Positions 28,461-38,591 of a DNA stretch of 64,000 nucleotides are shown here, in pieces. Numbering within the stretch: the first letter of the stretch is position 1; each line of letters opens with the position of its first letter. The translations under genes were made by a program, and so were the position numbers. The notes under the pieces are model-generated. The model saw only the letters and a program-made list of their open reading frames with translations, did not search any database and was not told the origin of the DNA. Source of the DNA: Candidatus Cloacimonadales bacterium (GTDB lineage: Bacteria > Cloacimonadota > Cloacimonadia > Cloacimonadales > JAIOQZ01); contig OY771587.1 in NCBI GenBank assembly GCA_963674825.1, forward strand, positions 128,001 through 192,000, written 5' to 3'.

Positions 28461-30000
28461 CGAGTGCATCATCGAAAATCACCATTTCCGTGTTCTTGGT
28501 ATAATGACCGAACGAGACATTGTTGCCCGACTTGAATTTCTCCAAAATCTTCGTCATCTGCGTGAAAGCTCCGTCAATCCGATTCAGGTGCTTCTTTTGC
28601 TTGGCGGTAAGACTCCGCGTTTCTTCGAGCATATCGAACATATCGAGATTACCCTTCATAACCATCAGCGGCTGATTCAGCTCATGGTGGGCGGTTACAG
28701 CCAGCGCCAGGGCGGAGTTTCGCTTCTCGAGCTGGATAACTTCCTGCTGGTTTTTTTTGAGCATCAGGTAAGATTTTTCGAGCTCTTCATTTTTCTGCCT
28801 GTAGATCTCGGCCTCTTTCTCTTTCTTCTCAGTTTCGAATCGGGTCTGCATTTCCGCAAGTTTTTTGTTGCTCTCTTCGTTGAAGAGTTCGTCTTTCACC
28901 GAGGAATATTTCAGATGATACTGGTAGGCTCTCTCGAAATCCGCTAGAATTGAATAGAGCTTGGATAGTTCGTAATAGCTGTCCTTGAGATCATAGCGGA
29001 AATTTGATTCGATTGCGGTTTCAACGCTCTTGATAAGAAATGCCTCGGCAGTCTTGAGGTCATCCAGCTTGCGGTGGATTCGGCCCAGATAGCGCAAAGC
29101 CACGACAGTATTTTCCCGGTAATCAATGCTTTCACTAATATCGAGAGCCTGATGCAGGCAACTTACAGCTTGTTCGTTCTCGCCATTGGAGTAGTGAACC
29201 ATACCAATGCCAAGAAGACTGCTGCTCAAGCCCTCTTTATGCCCGATTTCATTGCTGAGAGCCATCGCCTCGTTATAGTATAGCAAAGCTTTGTCGTAAT
29301 CATGAAGCTTGTAGTAAAGTTTGCCCATGTTGTTCGTTGCAAAGGCACATCGCTCTTTGATGCCCAATCCGCAGACAAGATCGTATCCGCGCTTGAAGTA
29401 ATCCAGAGCACGTTCGTAATCTTCTGTAGTCAGGTAAACTTCGCCGATATTGAGAAGCGGATCCGCCATCAAATCGCCTTGATCGAGCTCCTCTGCAAGA
29501 TGTAGCGCTTTGAGCTGATATTCCAGCGCAATATCATAGCAGCCCCAGTTTTGATAGAGCTCGCCCATGTTGATATAGCATATTGCCATTCCGTCTTTCG
29601 AATCCCGTTTCATCTGGATATCGAGCGACTTCTTGTAGTATTCCAGCGCAAGGTCGTTTTGCCCGTAATTAGCATAATTTACAGCGATATTGTTGTAGCA
29701 GCTTGCGACACCGTCCATATAGCCGATATCCAGAGAGAGATCCAGACTCTGGTTGTAGTATTCTATAGCTTTGGGGTATTCGCCAGCTATGCCATAGGAT
29801 ATCCCAATATAGCGCAATGCGTCGCACTCAGCTTCTCGATTTTTGTAGCGACGGGCAAGATCGAGCGCTTTCAAGCCATATTCACGGGCTTTCTCCGTGG
29901 ATATCTGAGAGAAGATTTTACTGATACGGTTGATGATCGGAATTTGTTCCTCTTCGGGTAAATCCGCCATCATCCTTTTCAGTTGCTCGATTGAATCCAT
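28429..30000 (-). CDS. TPR-repeat protein with C-terminal HisKA (DHp) domain and no HATPase domain
   Basis: About 8-9 TPR-like 40-aa repeats, coiled coil, H-box AHHELNQPL; ends about 85 aa later with no N/G1/G2 boxes. Confidence 0.85.
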   Translation of the reverse strand: MDSIEQLKRMMADLPEEEQIPIINRISKIFSQISTEKAREYGLKALDLARRYKNREAECDALRYIGISYGIAGEYPKAIEYYNQSLDLSLDIGYMDGVASCYNNIAVNYANYGQNDLALEYYKKSLDIQMKRDSKDGMAICYINMGELYQNWGCYDIALEYQLKALHLAEELDQGDLMADPLLNIGEVYLTTEDYERALDYFKRGYDLVCGLGIKERCAFATNNMGKLYYKLHDYDKALLYYNEAMALSNEIGHKEGLSSSLLGIGMVHYSNGENEQAVSCLHQALDISESIDYRENTVVALRYLGRIHRKLDDLKTAEAFLIKSVETAIESNFRYDLKDSYYELSKLYSILADFERAYQYHLKYSSVKDELFNEESNKKLAEMQTRFETEKKEKEAEIYRQKNEELEKSYLMLKKNQQEVIQLEKRNSALALAVTAHHELNQPLMVMKGNLDMFDMLEETRSLTAKQKKHLNRIDGAFTQMTKILEKFKSGNNVSFGHYTKNTEMVIFDDALDGEDSKQENS

Positions 30001-30002
30001 AT

Positions 30003-30755
30003 TTACCGTTCCGGTTTCATAACAATCTGAATCTCGTTCTGCGAGAAACCTTTCAAATTTTTAACCATACCATAGATCGCATCGTAAATAATGTCTTGCA
30101 CAAATGGTACCATTGAGATGTCTTTATCGCCGATGCGGATTGAGATTTTCCTGTCAGACTCCGCAACGCAATCCGTTCGTTTCATCTCTCCACTGAGGAT
30201 TCGAGTCACGGCATCGCGGCATGTAGAGCCGCAAGCTGTGCAGCATGAATCATCAGACATTGGTAACACTTTAAACACATTTGCAATCACAATATCTGCG
30301 ATCTTTTTAATATCTTTTACAGGATGGAGGATCGGAACCCCCTTGTATGTGTCATAATTATTTGACACTTTTCCCGAAATTGCGACAACCGTGCCGTCCA
30401 GAAGCTCGTCAATCTGCTCGAAAGTCTCAGCGCAAATAATGCGCGGAAGCGGCTCTTCTTTCATCCCCTCTACAATAACGTAATCAGCGTCAAGCCGTTC
30501 CAGCATCTCTTTGAGTGTAAGCTGGCTATGCCACACCTGATAGGTCTCGTTGAGCCCCCGGGCAAAGACAACTTCGCTGCCGGCTTCCCAGTGCCGCCAG
30601 CTATTGGATCCCTCACGCTCCATGGTGAACTGCTCGTTGTGGATGTCCTTGATGGACTGCACAGTAAAATCGCGACGCCGCAGTTCCTTGATCAGGTTTT
30701 CCGCGACGGTCGTCTTACCTGTATGATGATATCCGGCAATGCTCAATACTTTCAT
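30003..30755 (-). CDS. mobB: molybdopterin-guanine dinucleotide biosynthesis protein B with C-terminal Cys cluster
   Basis: IAGYHHTGKTT, SIKDIH, VIVEGMK, CTACGSTC...C. Confidence 0.9.
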   Translation of the reverse strand: MKVLSIAGYHHTGKTTVAENLIKELRRRDFTVQSIKDIHNEQFTMEREGSNSWRHWEAGSEVVFARGLNETYQVWHSQLTLKEMLERLDADYVIVEGMKEEPLPRIICAETFEQIDELLDGTVVAISGKVSNNYDTYKGVPILHPVKDIKKIADIVIANVFKVLPMSDDSCCTACGSTCRDAVTRILSGEMKRTDCVAESDRKISIRIGDKDISMVPFVQDIIYDAIYGMVKNLKGFSQNEIQIVMKPER

Positions 30756-30764
30756 ATTATACTC

Positions 30765-31406
30765 CTATGGAAGGATGTGAGGCGCCCACTCGAAGAGCAG
30801 GAATTGCAGCCGTCCGATAAGCAGCGAAATTCGCGCCATGGCCGTATAACCAAAGGCCGCACCAAAGCTGACCATCAGGAAATAGATACCGATCTTGGCA
30901 CCGACACCGAACGCGCCTTCTTGCTTCTTGCTGAAGAAGAAGTACATCACTCCGGTAATCGTACCCACAACCATCAGGATTTGCCCGATGATCTCTGCAA
31001 CTGATCCGCTGAACGGATTGATCATGGTGGCAGTCATCTGCGAAATAACATCCGACTTCATGTAACGCATGAAGGAGATACCCGCGGTGGTGCCGATCAT
31101 GAGCGCGATAGGATAGCGGCTGAGCCAGGCGACCTTCGGTACAAGCTGGGTGAGCATGAGAATACCGAGGATTCCCGGGACGATCAGCAGCCAGTGTGCG
31201 CTGAAATCGGTCGAGAGCTTGGTGAAAAGGTTGGGGATCAGGATGAAATAGATCGTATAGACGAACCAGTATCCAGCAGAAAGCCCCACAAATATCTGTT
31301 CAGCAACCTTGTAGAAGGGATTATCCTTGTACAGGAAGCTATAAATACCAAACGTAAGAAGCGCTCCAATCCAGAGCCCGAGCCAGTTCATGAAGTGTTC
31401 CATCAT
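30765..31406 (-). CDS. uncharacterised integral membrane protein (DUF6754-associated cluster)
   Basis: About 6 TM; YSFLYKDNPFYKVAEQIFVGLSAGY, MVSFGAAFGYTAMARISLLIGR. Confidence 0.8.
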   Translation of the reverse strand: MMEHFMNWLGLWIGALLTFGIYSFLYKDNPFYKVAEQIFVGLSAGYWFVYTIYFILIPNLFTKLSTDFSAHWLLIVPGILGILMLTQLVPKVAWLSRYPIALMIGTTAGISFMRYMKSDVISQMTATMINPFSGSVAEIIGQILMVVGTITGVMYFFFSKKQEGAFGVGAKIGIYFLMVSFGAAFGYTAMARISLLIGRLQFLLFEWAPHILP

Positions 31407-32233
31407 TCCCCCTTCTTCCGCTTGCGAATAAAGTGATATTGGTAGTTACCAATTGCGATGAACATGATGATGATCAGGTGCGCGATCGACTGCGCGTCCA
31501 TTCCGCTGGTGGCGATGCCGAGATGCCCGGAGAGCTTCTCGTATTCGGCAGCAGCCTTGAGTCCGCCCAAAAGACCGTAAAGCTGCTTTTGGTCGTTCAC
31601 ATACGGGAGGATCGAAGGAGCGCTGACAGCAGTTGCGCCTCCAGTGGTGATCACTTTGTTCTTGTCATGTGCGACCATCACCCATTGCTTGATGCCGGGA
31701 TCACCAGCTGAAATACTGCATACAAAAGCAAAGTCTTTGAGATTACGGATGCCTTTCATGATGGGCAGTTCATCAATAGGTGTACCGCTCATATCGGTTG
31801 GATAGACATCGCGCATATTGGTCCCCATCTTCTGGATGGTTACGATACCACCTGCTTTGAAGCCGAGGTTCACGAAATCGACACCCTCTCTAATATCGGG
31901 CATCTCTTCCTGAAGTCGCTTGAAGGTCTCTGCACAAAGGCTTGCTCCCATTGGCCAAAGCGCTGTACAGACGACTTTATATTTACGCTCCAGCGCATTT
32001 CGAGCGATCGAATAGGCCATGGGATGGAGCTCAGGCTTACTTGCGGGGTCATAATCGAATGAGATGAGCACATATGAGTCTTCGGGCTGGCTATTGACCA
32101 GTTCATAGACCATTTTGACGTTCTCGGAAGTCTCAATCGGCAGGCCAAGCTTGATGAGAAGCGGAAGCGCTACACCGAGGATAATCAGCAGAAATAGGAT
32201 GCGACGGATATTTGTCGGGCTGATTTTCATCAA
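31403..32233 (-). CDS. uncharacterised membrane-anchored alpha/beta protein (DUF6754-associated cluster)
   Basis: N- and C-terminal TM; SFDYDP, GVDFVNLGF, GLLGGLKAAAEYE. Confidence 0.8.
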   Translation of the reverse strand: MMKISPTNIRRILFLLIILGVALPLLIKLGLPIETSENVKMVYELVNSQPEDSYVLISFDYDPASKPELHPMAYSIARNALERKYKVVCTALWPMGASLCAETFKRLQEEMPDIREGVDFVNLGFKAGGIVTIQKMGTNMRDVYPTDMSGTPIDELPIMKGIRNLKDFAFVCSISAGDPGIKQWVMVAHDKNKVITTGGATAVSAPSILPYVNDQKQLYGLLGGLKAAAEYEKLSGHLGIATSGMDAQSIAHLIIIMFIAIGNYQYHFIRKRKKGE

Positions 32234-32931
32234 TCACCTCCCAGGTATGATCGCTCGATCCCGAGGATGATCCGGAGGCTGCTGCCGATGATACCGAGCC
32301 CTGCGCAGATCATGATGGCGCGCTGGCCAGCGGTATTGGGGTATTTCATGATAAATTCGGCGAGATGTGGTAAATGGAAGAAGCTGAGCGCATCAGGAAG
32401 CCAACCTGTAAGGAAGCTCCCGAGGCTCGTTCTGCCCAGCATCACCAAGACAGCGGCGATAAGCAGCAGATTCGATTCGGCTGTCCGGCCGATGAACGCC
32501 CGATATGCCGCCGAAGCGATAAAGAATGCAAGCAGCGAGAACATCGACGCCGAAAGGTGCTGATATACGTTGTTGAACATATAATCGAATGGCTTGGAAC
32601 CGATGCTTTGCACCAGACTGGTTCCGGCGCCGAGGATGCCAGCATTGTCTTCCGTGCCCCAGAAAAGGCCAAAGATTACCATCACGGCGAAGCTGATTAT
32701 AGTTACGATGAAATATTGCCAGCCGGGCTGCCGGAACTTGATCTTGAGCACATGCACCTTGATGAGGTTCATCTGCCCCAATATAATGGCGAAACCGGCG
32801 ATGATCATGAACCAGTCTTCCAATCCGCCGGTCATGGAACCGAACGGTTTGTGCGGAATGAATTCGGACGCGATCACCAGTACGCCGACGAAAAACGCGA
32901 TGAGAAGTGGTATTCTTCGTTTCATAGTCAA
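32230..32931 (-). CDS. uncharacterised integral membrane protein (DUF6754-associated cluster)
   Basis: About 6 TM; MFSLLAFFIASAAYRAF, PNTAGQRAI, LRIILGIERSYL. Confidence 0.8.
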   Translation of the reverse strand: MTMKRRIPLLIAFFVGVLVIASEFIPHKPFGSMTGGLEDWFMIIAGFAIILGQMNLIKVHVLKIKFRQPGWQYFIVTIISFAVMVIFGLFWGTEDNAGILGAGTSLVQSIGSKPFDYMFNNVYQHLSASMFSLLAFFIASAAYRAFIGRTAESNLLLIAAVLVMLGRTSLGSFLTGWLPDALSFFHLPHLAEFIMKYPNTAGQRAIMICAGLGIIGSSLRIILGIERSYLGGD

Positions 32932-32935
32932 TCCA

Positions 32936-34039
32936 TCAATGCGCTTCGAGGAAGTTTTTCAAAAAATGTACGCCGGAAATCTCGAGGATAATTCCCACCG
33001 TCAGCACGATCATGAATAAGGCTTTGCCCACATCCTGTCCCTTGAGGCTCCCAAGCTGATGAGGATCCTTTGAGAGATACGCGGAGGCTGCAAACAGTTC
33101 TTCGCCGATCAAGGTGTAGTCGCAGGCGGCTACGAAAAACGGTAGCTGGCTGGGCATCGCGGTTCCGGCTGTCTGGATCGCACCGCTGGTGAAGCCTGTC
33201 TCCGCCAGGATGAGAGATTCCGCATAGAAAGCGCCCATCAGGAAGATCGCAGCCGGCTTCTCCCGCAGGATGATGCCATCCACACCTGCAACGAATCCGA
33301 ACTGGTCATCGGTCAGATAAAAAACCGAATCTGGGTGGAACGAATCCGACCTTCCGGCTTTCATATACGATTCCTTGACCGTCTCGCGTGCTGCCGAGAG
33401 CACCATCGAGCGTGACACAGGAACCAGGAGCTTGGTATCGTATTCCGCAGTACGCTGGGCAAGCTTACCGAGTATGGTCAGACCAGCGATAGTTTGCATG
33501 TCGTCCAGGTCCATTATGCCGGGAACAAACAGGATCGGTTTGCCCATTTCCGTGGCGCGGCCAACGGCTTCTTCCATGGAATCAAGTCCGCTGATGCGTC
33601 GGATGTAGAGGTCCTTGCCGGTGCGTGCCGATAAAATGTAATAGATGATTGCCGCTGAGATGATGAGCGACATGATAAGAAGGGAAATCTTGTCCGTATT
33701 GAACCACTGCGCTTCCGCAACTGCTGCTGCCGATGCCTGATCGATAATACCGTTGGAATCGATGACAGATATCCGGTATTCGTACTGCGTGCCGGTCAGG
33801 ATGTTATCGGTGTCACGGTAAGAATCTTTCACAGGCTCAATGGTGGCGACAACTGAAAACGCTTCTTCTCCGGTCCTGCGTTCGATGCGGATGCTGTCCA
33901 CGGCCATGGTTGGTTTCTCCCATTTAAGGTCGATACCCGAACCATCGTCGTTTGGCTGATCGAACGCCTGGAACTCCAATGCGCCGATCATGACTGCACC
34001 CAAAGCCATCAGCAGGAATAAGATAAGCACCTTTTTCAT
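32936..34039 (-). CDS. FN3-like plus DUF6754-like membrane protein
   Basis: Signal peptide, FN3-like domain (YEYRIS), TM, then IRRISGLDSMEEAVGRATEMGKP...CDYTLIGEELFAASAYL; family name from recall, not searched. Confidence 0.75.
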   Translation of the reverse strand: MKKVLILFLLMALGAVMIGALEFQAFDQPNDDGSGIDLKWEKPTMAVDSIRIERRTGEEAFSVVATIEPVKDSYRDTDNILTGTQYEYRISVIDSNGIIDQASAAAVAEAQWFNTDKISLLIMSLIISAAIIYYILSARTGKDLYIRRISGLDSMEEAVGRATEMGKPILFVPGIMDLDDMQTIAGLTILGKLAQRTAEYDTKLLVPVSRSMVLSAARETVKESYMKAGRSDSFHPDSVFYLTDDQFGFVAGVDGIILREKPAAIFLMGAFYAESLILAETGFTSGAIQTAGTAMPSQLPFFVAACDYTLIGEELFAASAYLSKDPHQLGSLKGQDVGKALFMIVLTVGIILEISGVHFLKNFLEAH

Positions 34040-34281
34040 AGAACCCCGCTTGTTTGAATGATATTTTTTAATGTTTGCTTCGCCTTTATTATGTGTCAAG
34101 GAAAATAGTGTTTTGAGTAGAGCGTCTATAATTGTAATCAGCCAACACTTGTCGATTCTCCGAGATCAACTTGAACATCACAGCTCAGAAAATTCCGATA
34201 TCTAAACTAATGATTATACGTACATGATAATTATCTTGACTACTCAACACTTAAAACAATTATGCAGGTAATGGAGGAAAT

Positions 34282-35064
34282 ATGGATCCTATCCGCGAAA
34301 ACGACTTCCTGAAGTATGCAAGATTTAATACAAACACATTGCATTTACTAATCTCAAATGTACTATTCTTTAACCATATATCGAACTATAACGACCCTGC
34401 CGAAGTTTTATTGGACTTCGATTTCTCAGAAAATCACAATGCATACAAAAAACTCCGCAATAGCACTAAATACCTAACATATCATTTATGCTTGGATAAA
34501 ATAATGCGCAGCAAAGAGACCAAGGAAGAATTTAAAAAATCAAGCCCAACAGCGGTTGATCAACAATCAGCTCAAGAGGTCATCACAGATATCCAATCTA
34601 AGTATCGTTGCTGTAGTATGACAAAAGCATTTAGCAGCTTGATGTTCGCTCATTACGCTGACTCACATAAAGGCATCTGCATCGTTCTGGATGGAGACCT
34701 GCAGTATTTTCGAAATGCCAAGCAAGTGAAATACGACTATTACTTCCAAAAAAGTTTTACTGGCTTTGTAAGAAAAACCGAGAGTATTGAGGGAGCATTT
34801 CTTAGGAAGAGCAAAGAATGGAAATACGAAAATGAGTATCGAATACTTAAACTTCCAAGTGAGTTTACTTCAGGTTCTCAATTTGGAAATGGCTATTATG
34901 ATTCAATCCCAAAGAATTCGATCCGAGCTATAATCCTGGGATGTCGCATGAGAGAAAATGATCTAACCATCATACAACAATTAAAGAAGAAAAAATTAAT
35001 TAATTGCAAACTATTTATCTCTGAATTACAGCAATCAAAAATCAAATTAAAGCCATGGCCATAG
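34282..35064 (+). CDS. DUF2971-like protein (AT-rich)
   Basis: YNDPAE, MFAHYADSHKGICI, KSKEWKYENEYRI, IILG. Confidence 0.8.
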   Translation: MDPIRENDFLKYARFNTNTLHLLISNVLFFNHISNYNDPAEVLLDFDFSENHNAYKKLRNSTKYLTYHLCLDKIMRSKETKEEFKKSSPTAVDQQSAQEVITDIQSKYRCCSMTKAFSSLMFAHYADSHKGICIVLDGDLQYFRNAKQVKYDYYFQKSFTGFVRKTESIEGAFLRKSKEWKYENEYRILKLPSEFTSGSQFGNGYYDSIPKNSIRAIILGCRMRENDLTIIQQLKKKKLINCKLFISELQQSKIKLKPWP

Positions 35065-35148
35065 CCGTATTGGAGATTCATACATTGTATTAACTTTGTT
35101 ATACGACAAGTGTAAAAGCTATATTAGACTTGCCAGTCCTCCATCAGC

Positions 35149-38082
35149 TTATAATCTCATCCTCAACGTCTTTATCTCAAAGGGACGGAAGCGTAGCTCA
35201 GTGCTGTTGCCGGCCGGATAATGCACATCCTTCGGGCGTTCCAGCAGGTCGGTCTCGCGTAGTTCGCTCCACGGCTTGGCGGAATGCAGTATCGCTTCAG
35301 CATTGCGGCCTTGTGTCTCGTACAGGCGCAGAATCACGCCTTGTCCGTCTTCAGCCGGCTTCACGGTCTCCAGCTTCACCGAGGGACTCTCCACCCGGTA
35401 GAACCAGCCCTTTTTTGGTGCGTCGTTAACCTGATGCACAAGTAGCGGGGCATTGAGCGCATGAGCGCGTGGAATCACCTCTTCCAGTCCGCCATGATGA
35501 GGCAGATACGCAAAGGTGAATTCGTGCGAGCCGAGATCGGCCAAGGGGTCCACATCCGCCGGAGAGCGGAGCAGATTAAGCTCCATCAGATTATCCAGAA
35601 CGCTGTGGCCGTACTTGCAATCGTTCATGAGGGCAAAACCTCCGTCCGGCAGACTGACATCCGCATAGCGATGACCGCAGACCTCGAAACGGGCGGCATC
35701 CCAGGAGGTGTTGGCGTGCGTGGGGCGCTTTATCAGGCCAAACTGAATCTCGTAGCTGGCCTCACTGGCATGAACAGCCGGTGCCGCCTGTACGCGCAAC
35801 ATCTTGTGCTTCTCCTGCCAGTTCACGTGGTTGGCGATACGTATCTCGCGGGATCCCTGAACGAGTTCGATACGCTGTTCGATCTTAGACTGCCCGATGG
35901 TCAGAATCTGCTTGCGCACGGTACAGAGATCGGTCCGCGTCGTCTCACAGCTTAGCAGGCGAGCCTGTTCGGGTATCGTTTCGCGGTAGAAATGATTCAC
36001 GTCCCACGCACCCCAGTTATTAGGTAGATCTTCCCAAAGCAGTAACCGGTTAGCAGGACCTTCCAGCCATTCACGGCTGGTCTCGAGGTCGTAGATTGAT
36101 CCGATGGTACCATCATCGTTGAAGGTTACGCGCAGGAGATCGTTTTGCATTTCATAGGAGTCTTCAACAACTTGCGAATTCGCTGGCAAAGAGGTTTCGA
36201 TTGTAACGTAGCCATAAGCTGGAACACGCACCTTATGCTCGCTTCCATCCGGCAGGTGTAACAACTCCTCGCGCTGCCAACCGGTGGTGTTCATCACAAG
36301 ATATCGACCCTGTCCCGATCCGAAATGCCGCGCGAGAAGCTCGTCTCGCATGGCTTCCAGCAGAGAATAATTCTTCTTCGAGAGCATTTCGGCATCCTTA
36401 TAGACCCAGCCAATAGACGATCCGGGCAGAATATCGTGGAACTGGTGCAGCAGCGTGTCTTTCCATAGTTGATCGAGATCGATGGACTCTCCAAACGCTG
36501 CCGCCAGAAACTCAACATCGTGCAATATCTGCTCCAGGCGACGATTCCAGCGTTTGGTTCGCGCCTGTGTCGTGTACGTACCGCGATGCAGTTCCAGGTA
36601 AAGTTCTCCGCGCCAGACAGGAAGGCGATCCGATGGAGTTTCGGCAAGCTTGTCGAAGAAATGAGCGACAGTATCCTGTTTCACTCGCGGCGAGCCTTCC
36701 AGATCGCGTTGACGCAGAGCGTATTCGATGTGAGCCTGACTTGGGCCTCCCCCACCATCGCCGATGCCAAAGAGGTTCGCAAAATCATCGCTGACGTCGT
36801 TTTGGGCGTAGCGCTGCTCTGCCTCAATCAATTGCTTGGGCATGTTCGATCCATTATAGTCATTAGTGGGTATGAAATGCGCCAATACACAAGAGCCATC
36901 GATGCCAACCCAGTTGAAGGTGTGGTGCGGGAACAGATTCGTCTCGTTCCACGACATTTTTTGCGTCAGGAAGAAGGGAATCCCGCTTTGATCAAGTATT
37001 TGAGGCAATGCTGCTGAGAATCCGAAGCAATCCGGCAAAAACAGGTATCGCGGGGACTTGCCGAACTCCTCCGCGAAAAAGCGCAATCCGTGCAGGATTT
37101 GCCGGATAAGCGATTCGCCACCCGTAAGGTTAGTGTCCATCTCCACCCATGAAGCGCCCTGGAATTCCCAGCGGCCTTCTTTCACTCGCGCCTTGATCTG
37201 CTCGTACAGCACGGGGTAATCTTCCTTGATCCACTGATAGAGCTGTGGTTGCGACGCACCGAAAAGATATTCGGGGTTGCGTTCCATCAGGCGCAGCGCG
37301 GTAGCGAAGGTACGCCCTCCCTTACGGTGCGTCTCGCGAACGGGCCAAAGCCAGGCCAGATCGATGTGCGCATGCCCGATCGACCATGCGGTTGGCGAGC
37401 TGGCGTATGCTGGTTTCGAAAGCAACTGCCCCGTAATATTGAGGCAATCCTCGATACCTGCACCATCCCTCCAGGCGTTGGCAGCGTCGTTCAGACCGCG
37501 GAAAATCTTCTGTCTTCTCGGTGAACGCTCAGGCAGGGCATCTGCAAGGGACATCAGCACTCTTAAATCCGCTTCGAGCTTGAATGCACTTCGATCGACC
37601 GTCACCATCTCCGCTCGGCGTAATCGGTAATCTCGCGGTCCCTCGCCGAACAGTGTGTTCGCACCGGCTTCCACCAGTAAATTGACCGCCTCGTCGCCAT
37701 TCGCCTTGTCGAACAGCGGCACAAAGCCCTTGGCGGATTCCGCATAATGATCCAATCGGCCGGATAAACCAAGAAATGGCGTTCCATCCACGAAAACGCA
37801 GCCCTCGCCATCCAGGTCGATCAACGCTCCGACTTCCCAGCCTTTGAAAGCAGCAGGTACATGGCCCGAAAAACGAAACCATGCACATGCCCAAAGCTCG
37901 CCCCAGGGTTCTTCCAATGCAATGGGTTGATACGGTGCAGTCAGGGCTGTCTCGTATGGAATAGGCGTATCCGGGTGGTGGATGTATTCAGCGCTCAACG
38001 GCGCACGATGCGGGTAAACACGGGATTTGACTGCTTCAGCGAAGCGTGCGATACGTCTTTTATATATCTTCTCGTTTTGCAT
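35149..38082 (-). CDS. alpha-mannosidase, GH38
   Basis: GHAHIDLAWLWP, LPDCFGFS, GDGGGGP, GELYLELHRGTYT, HQFHDILPGS, NDCKYG; no signal peptide. Confidence 0.95.
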   Translation of the reverse strand: MQNEKIYKRRIARFAEAVKSRVYPHRAPLSAEYIHHPDTPIPYETALTAPYQPIALEEPWGELWACAWFRFSGHVPAAFKGWEVGALIDLDGEGCVFVDGTPFLGLSGRLDHYAESAKGFVPLFDKANGDEAVNLLVEAGANTLFGEGPRDYRLRRAEMVTVDRSAFKLEADLRVLMSLADALPERSPRRQKIFRGLNDAANAWRDGAGIEDCLNITGQLLSKPAYASSPTAWSIGHAHIDLAWLWPVRETHRKGGRTFATALRLMERNPEYLFGASQPQLYQWIKEDYPVLYEQIKARVKEGRWEFQGASWVEMDTNLTGGESLIRQILHGLRFFAEEFGKSPRYLFLPDCFGFSAALPQILDQSGIPFFLTQKMSWNETNLFPHHTFNWVGIDGSCVLAHFIPTNDYNGSNMPKQLIEAEQRYAQNDVSDDFANLFGIGDGGGGPSQAHIEYALRQRDLEGSPRVKQDTVAHFFDKLAETPSDRLPVWRGELYLELHRGTYTTQARTKRWNRRLEQILHDVEFLAAAFGESIDLDQLWKDTLLHQFHDILPGSSIGWVYKDAEMLSKKNYSLLEAMRDELLARHFGSGQGRYLVMNTTGWQREELLHLPDGSEHKVRVPAYGYVTIETSLPANSQVVEDSYEMQNDLLRVTFNDDGTIGSIYDLETSREWLEGPANRLLLWEDLPNNWGAWDVNHFYRETIPEQARLLSCETTRTDLCTVRKQILTIGQSKIEQRIELVQGSREIRIANHVNWQEKHKMLRVQAAPAVHASEASYEIQFGLIKRPTHANTSWDAARFEVCGHRYADVSLPDGGFALMNDCKYGHSVLDNLMELNLLRSPADVDPLADLGSHEFTFAYLPHHGGLEEVIPRAHALNAPLLVHQVNDAPKKGWFYRVESPSVKLETVKPAEDGQGVILRLYETQGRNAEAILHSAKPWSELRETDLLERPKDVHYPAGNSTELRFRPFEIKTLRMRL

Positions 38083-38205
38083 GATAACCTCCAGATGATG
38101 CGCTCAAGCGCAGCCAGTAGGTTGATTGGCATCATTGCGGTGTCAAGCGAAATACCTGAAATCTCACAACCTCCGCAAAATAATTGACGGTATGAAATTT
38201 TTTTG

Positions 38206-38233
38206 TTGACGAAATATCTGCGGAATGTATAAT
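38206..38233 (+). promoter_or_regulatory. sigma70-type promoter of trxA
   Basis: TTGACG-16 nt-TATAAT. Confidence 0.65.
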
Positions 38234-38264
38234 ACTTTCTGAAAAATGAAATTTGGAGGACAAT

Positions 38265-38576
38265 ATGGCACTGTCAGCACTGACAAACGATAATTTCGCC
38301 GAATCGATCAAGAGCGGCGTATGTGTGGTGGATTTTTGGGCGCCCTGGTGCGGTCCCTGCCGCATGATCGAACCATCGATCAAGGAACTCGCCGAAGAGG
38401 TCACCGAGGTGAACTTCTTCAAGCTGAACGTTGACGAGGCACAGCAAATCGCGCTGCAATATGGCGTTATGAGCATCCCGACCATCATCATCTTCAAGGA
38501 TGGCGAAGTGAAGGAAACCACCGTCGGCGTATTGCCTAAGGCACAGCTTAAGGACAAGATCAAGGCGCACATCTAA
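38265..38576 (+). CDS. trxA: thioredoxin
   Basis: DFWAPWCGPC, VMSIPT; GGAGG RBS. Confidence 0.97.
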   Translation: MALSALTNDNFAESIKSGVCVVDFWAPWCGPCRMIEPSIKELAEEVTEVNFFKLNVDEAQQIALQYGVMSIPTIIIFKDGEVKETTVGVLPKAQLKDKIKAHI

Positions 38577-38591
38577 TCGGATTTTTCGCGT

